Made by a program: the position numbers and the translations under genes. From Flavobacteriales bacterium (GTDB lineage: Bacteria > Bacteroidota > Bacteroidia > Palsa-965): a stretch of DNA of 64,000 bases. The stretch's first letter is position 1; every line of letters starts with the position of its first letter. The stretch is taken from the NCBI GenBank assembly GCA_040377305.1, contig JBEIPA010000010.1, forward strand, positions 64,001 through 128,000, written 5' to 3'. Below the pieces are notes generated by a model. The model ran no database searches. It was not told where the DNA came from and worked only from the letters and a program-made list of their open reading frames with translations. Shown here piece after piece: positions 59,984 through 64,000 of the stretch.

Positions 59984-60352
59984 ATGAACCTGCTTCAATT
60001 TGCTGAATCACAGCTAGTTAATAAGTCAAACCACCCGGGATTCCGCGCTGGTGACACAGTGAATATTCACTACAAAATCAAAGAAGGTGAAAAAGAACGC
60101 GTTCAGCAGTTCACAGGTGTTGTTCTTCAGCGCCGCGGACACAATGCTGTAGCATCTTTCACTGTTCGTAAAATGTCGAACGGAATTGGTGTTGAGCGTA
60201 TTTTTCCTTTGCACTCACCTTTCATTGAGAAAATCGAAGTGAAGAAAAAAGGTGTTGTACGTCGTGCACGTATTTTCTACCTGCGCAACCTTACAGGAAA
60301 GGCTGCACGTATCACGGAGAAAATCCAAACGTCAGAAACTGCAGAAGCTTAA
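59984..60352 (+). CDS. rplS: 50S ribosomal protein L19
   Basis: [46 protein letters not shown]. Confidence 0.98.
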   Translation: MNLLQFAESQLVNKSNHPGFRAGDTVNIHYKIKEGEKERVQQFTGVVLQRRGHNAVASFTVRKMSNGIGVERIFPLHSPFIEKIEVKKKGVVRRARIFYLRNLTGKAARITEKIQTSETAEA

Positions 60353-60375
60353 GCTACTGTATTCAAATACTTGCA

Positions 60376-60408
60376 GACCCTGCCAAATGGCGGGGTTTGT
60401 TATTTTTA
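60376..60408 (+). terminator. Terminator after rplS
   Basis: AGACCCTGCC-AAAT-GGCGGGGTTT followed by a T-rich tail. Confidence 0.7.
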
Positions 60409-60528
60409 GGGTTCGCCATTTGTTCATATTTCGTTAATCCCCAATACGCATTGAGGATTTAACTTTACAACAACAGGTGAACATCCTATAGGCTTACGCC
60501 GTAACCACTTGTGCAATTGTTGTTCATC

Positions 60529-61848
60529 ATGCACAAGTACGTCCAACTGCTTCTATTACTTTTCTCACTGGAAGGATTTTCTCAGTCGTCCTTCACAGTA
60601 ATCGGAACGCCGTACACACAGGATTTCAATTCGCTTCCGAACGTAACGGACGGTGCAGATCTCGCAACGTGGACCAACAACAGCACGTTATTAGGATGGT
60701 ACATCGATGAAAATGGTTCAGGGGGCGCAACTTGCAACGCTACATCATGTAACGATCGACCATCCATTGAAGCCACGTACACTACAATGAATAATTCGGG
60801 GAATGCATACATCTATGCATCCGGCGCCGATCGAAGTCTCGGTTCCAGAGCTGCGGGATCAACAGCAACCATTTTCTACGGAGTACGGATACAGAACAAC
60901 ACGGGACAGGCGATTACGTCATTATATGTCGACTACTACGGCGAACAGTGGTCGATTGCAGAAAACGGAGCGAACGTAAATACAAATGCATTTTCATATC
61001 AGGTTGGAACAACTGTTACAAGTTTGTCGGCAGGCAGTTGGACAAATGTACCTGCGCTTGACTTCACGCAAGTGTGGACTAGTTCACAAAGTGCAGGTCT
61101 GGGTGGAAGTGCGTGCGGTGGTTCAAGCACCCAATGCCTGGCGTTGGATGGAAACAATGCAGCGAACCGAAGGCGAATTCAAGGTTGCATAACCGTGTCG
61201 ATTCCCATTGGAGATGAAATAATGCTGCGCTGGAGCGACGTTGACAATGGTGCGAACGATCATCATTTACAGATTGATGATGTGTTTGTTTATCCGTTTG
61301 ATGTTTCGTGTGCTACAGTGCTGCCCGTTGATTGGCTTTCATTCACCGCCGAAAGAGCCGGAGAAACTGCTTTGTTGAAGTGGGCAACCTCGTCGGAAGA
61401 GGATAACGACTATTTCTCCATTGAACGACTTAACGAAAACGGATATTTTGTCAGCATCGGAACCATGAGCGGAAATGGTACCACTTCACAGCCGCATGAA
61501 TATAGTTTCGTCGATGAGACTCCTTTCATGGGAGTGAACTATTATCGGATCCGGCAGGTTGACTTTAACGGTCAATCTACTTTTACAGGTGTGCAACCCG
61601 TTGAATTCGGCGAATCGCCTGCGTTCAGCGCATACGTGTATTACGATGGTGAATTACATTTCCAGCAAGCGAATAACTATGGCAACACCACCATTACTGT
61701 TTTTGCCGACGACGGCCGGGTCTTATCCCGGATTGAGAGTGCTTCTGAAAATGGTGTGCTCGAGCGTCCTTTTGCGAGTGGTGTCTACTTCATTCGCTTC
61801 GAAAACAGGGAGGGAGTAATTATCGTGAAGCAGTTGATTATTCTTTAG
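60529..61848 (+). CDS. Secreted protein with T9SS type A C-terminal domain
   Basis: Signal peptide, YTQDFNSL, LPVDWLSFTA, WATSSEEDNDYFSIER, YYRIRQVDFNG, SGVYFIRF. Confidence 0.87.
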   Translation: MHKYVQLLLLLFSLEGFSQSSFTVIGTPYTQDFNSLPNVTDGADLATWTNNSTLLGWYIDENGSGGATCNATSCNDRPSIEATYTTMNNSGNAYIYASGADRSLGSRAAGSTATIFYGVRIQNNTGQAITSLYVDYYGEQWSIAENGANVNTNAFSYQVGTTVTSLSAGSWTNVPALDFTQVWTSSQSAGLGGSACGGSSTQCLALDGNNAANRRRIQGCITVSIPIGDEIMLRWSDVDNGANDHHLQIDDVFVYPFDVSCATVLPVDWLSFTAERAGETALLKWATSSEEDNDYFSIERLNENGYFVSIGTMSGNGTTSQPHEYSFVDETPFMGVNYYRIRQVDFNGQSTFTGVQPVEFGESPAFSAYVYYDGELHFQQANNYGNTTITVFADDGRVLSRIESASENGVLERPFASGVYFIRFENREGVIIVKQLIIL

Positions 61849-63385
61849 GAATCGTCAGCACTTTGACACCGCTCACTGGGAATAATTCTGACTTAAGAAG
61901 ATCTTGTACTGTAATTCCGGTAGAGATCGATAGCGATAGAAAATTCTCTACACGTTCCTGCAGCGTATTATCCGGGAGAGTTTTGTCGCGTAATTTTTTA
62001 AACTGTGTCGCAAAAACTTCTTCGCGCTGTTTGATCGCACGCATCATCCGCACTTCAACAACCTTCAGCGCATCGCCGGCCTTCTTCATTTCCGCTTCAG
62101 CGAATGCACGCAATGTTGCATCGGCGCGCGAAGCTTTTTCTGCGACGGTTGAACGAAGCAGCGTTAGAATTTCCTGTTCATTCTCCAATGAAAGCTCCTC
62201 TCCTGCCCGATCTGCCAATTTCCTTTTGAGTGCTTCATCGAAATCGGAAGTGAGCTCCTGAACGGTTACGCGATTCTTATGCATCCATTCGAAATCCTTC
62301 TGCGCAATCTGCATTCCGAAAAAACGTGGCTGCAAAACAGGGAACGCAACACGGTAATGCTCGAACATCTTCTTGTACTGAAGCCAGTAAACCAGTTCGC
62401 CCGGTCCACCAACATACGCCACATTCGGTAATATGACTTGCTGGTACAAAGGACGCAAAACTACATTCGGACTAAATTTTTCGGGATTCGTTTTTGCTTC
62501 CTGAATCAGTTCATCTGTTGCAGTATCAATTCGCTTACGGGAAGTTCCTTCGAGGTGAAACAGATTTATTGCACGGGGCTTCACCTGAAGCTCATAACGT
62601 TTGTTCGAAAGAAAAGAGGAAGTTTCCTGCACGCATTTTTCAGCGTTATGATTGACGAGATCATCGTAGAAAATTCCGGCAACAGCTTTTTTAAGCTCAG
62701 CGTCGTCGGGATCAATACAAATGATTGCATCACCAAACAACCAGTGCACGAACTCACGTGTTGCAGCAGCGATTGTTTTTCCCGGCGCGTAAATTTTCTT
62801 GAGCACTGCCGACATTTCCAACGCTTGCGGAGATGACCCTAACAAGCCAGCCATCTCTTCAATGAAGGCTCCAATGTCATTTGTATTTAGACGACCTACA
62901 GCACCTTCCTGCGTAGTATTCCAGGAAATCTTCTTGCCGAACATGGTCACAGAACGAACTTCTTCAACATCGTGGTCTTCTGTTGCCATCCAATACACAG
63001 GAACAACCGTTGCGTTGTACATTTTCGACAACTTATCGGCTAGCTGGATAACGGATGCAATTTTGTACACAAAATAAGACGGACCTCCAGCAATACACAA
63101 TTGATGTCCGGTTGTAACTGTACTGGAATTATTCAGCGAAAGTCTATCGAGCAGAGCCTTTGGCAACAGTTCAGGGTTCGCCTGATATTGTTGCGTTATT
63201 GTATTTACTAAATGGATTCGGTTAATGCCGCTACCTTGTGCCCGGCGAATTGCATAGTCATATCCCTTTTGATCAGGACGAAAATCATAAAGCGTTTCCA
63301 GCTCAGGCAGTCCGTTTACGTAGTCGAGAAACAGACGGGAAAATCCAGTCAGTTGATTAAACGGTAATTCTGAAGCTGTAATCAT
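61838..63385 (-). CDS. bshC: Bacillithiol biosynthesis cysteine-adding enzyme
   Basis: VTTGHQL, YFVYKI, PVYWMATEDHD, FSPNVVLRPLYQ, YVGGPGELVYW, LQERVENF. Start taken at MITASEL. Confidence 0.93.
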   Translation of the reverse strand: MITASELPFNQLTGFSRLFLDYVNGLPELETLYDFRPDQKGYDYAIRRAQGSGINRIHLVNTITQQYQANPELLPKALLDRLSLNNSSTVTTGHQLCIAGGPSYFVYKIASVIQLADKLSKMYNATVVPVYWMATEDHDVEEVRSVTMFGKKISWNTTQEGAVGRLNTNDIGAFIEEMAGLLGSSPQALEMSAVLKKIYAPGKTIAAATREFVHWLFGDAIICIDPDDAELKKAVAGIFYDDLVNHNAEKCVQETSSFLSNKRYELQVKPRAINLFHLEGTSRKRIDTATDELIQEAKTNPEKFSPNVVLRPLYQQVILPNVAYVGGPGELVYWLQYKKMFEHYRVAFPVLQPRFFGMQIAQKDFEWMHKNRVTVQELTSDFDEALKRKLADRAGEELSLENEQEILTLLRSTVAEKASRADATLRAFAEAEMKKAGDALKVVEVRMMRAIKQREEVFATQFKKLRDKTLPDNTLQERVENFLSLSISTGITVQDLLKSELFPVSGVKVLTIPKE

Positions 63386-63555
63386 GCAGGTCAAAATTAA
63401 GGATAATGATCGGGCTCGGAATTAACAACTTACACTATTGTTGCGCACAATAATAGAATTTGCAGGATGGGTTAGCGGTATTTACACTATTGAAGTTGAA
63501 CTGCCTGAAGTAACGAGGCCTGCGCGACTGAACGTTCAGTAATCCGGCACCTATT

Positions 63556-63593
63556 AAAAAATCCTGCTTCAGTGAGTGAAGCAGGATTTTTTT
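63556..63593. terminator. Bidirectional rho-independent terminator
   Basis: AAAAAATCCTGCTTCA...TGAAGCAGGATTTTTTT. Confidence 0.8.
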
Positions 63594-63605
63594 GAAGTGT
63601 AGTCC

Positions 63606-64000
63606 TTAGTTTGCCGTTATCGTAAACTCCACTCTTCGGTTCATCGCCCGTCCGGCATCATTTTCATTGCTGTCAACAGGATTACTTTCTCCGTATCCTT
63701 TTGAGCTTACTCTATTCATGGCTATTCCGTGATTCACGAGATATGTACGTACTGCTGCTGCTCGATCTTCCGACAAACGTTGATTGTCTGCATCGGTACC
63801 AACATTATCGGTATGTCCGGATATTTCTATAGACATAGACGGATTTTCATTCATCATTTTTACCACCCGATCGAGTTCAGGAAAGGATTCTGATTTTAGT
63901 TCAGCTTTGCCCGTTTCGAAAAATATATTGTTTAGTCGCACCACCTGGCCTTTTTCGATAGGGACGAGATAAAGGTCACGTGTAATTTCCTGGTACCCGG
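63606..64000 (-). CDS. OmpA-family protein, C-terminal part (partial)
   Basis: LNNIFFETGKA, IEISGHTDNVG, LSEDRAAAV, GYGESNP, NRRVEF; frame stays open to the window end. Confidence 0.92.
   Translation of the reverse strand, partial: GYQEITRDLYLVPIEKGQVVRLNNIFFETGKAELKSESFPELDRVVKMMNENPSMSIEISGHTDNVGTDADNQRLSEDRAAAVRTYLVNHGIAMNRVSSKGYGESNPVDSNENDAGRAMNRRVEFTITAN

Overview
Chromosomal window from a Bacteroidota bacterium, judged from the TAnnTTTG -7 promoter boxes, T9SS cargo proteins, DUF4249/TonB pair and BshC. It is mostly housekeeping and envelope genes: nth, hemF, guaA, aroC, hutI-ftcD, fused 2-oxoacid dehydrogenase E1, ndh, aroQ, xerD, bioB-bioF-bioD-bioA, trmD, rplS, bshC, tRNA-Asp and several large secreted repeat proteins. 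The most unusual feature is an about 1 kb cassette at 51962-52978. Six tandem copies of a 27-bp near-palindrome precede an ORF6N-domain gene. The same palindrome recurs, with its core flipped, inside that gene, where it encodes the peptide LRYQIGTS, and once more just downstream. A truncated BRO-N-like gene at 21.4-21.7 kb also has a motif encoded by a perfect palindrome with the same CAA(A/T)TTG centre. Also seen: REP-like palindromes lying in frame within genes, locus-specific short-repeat inverted arms next to promoters, probable leaderless genes, two small lipoproteins packed with D-S-x glycosylation sequons, and a candidate sRNA. Family assignments come from motif recognition by eye; no database search was run.
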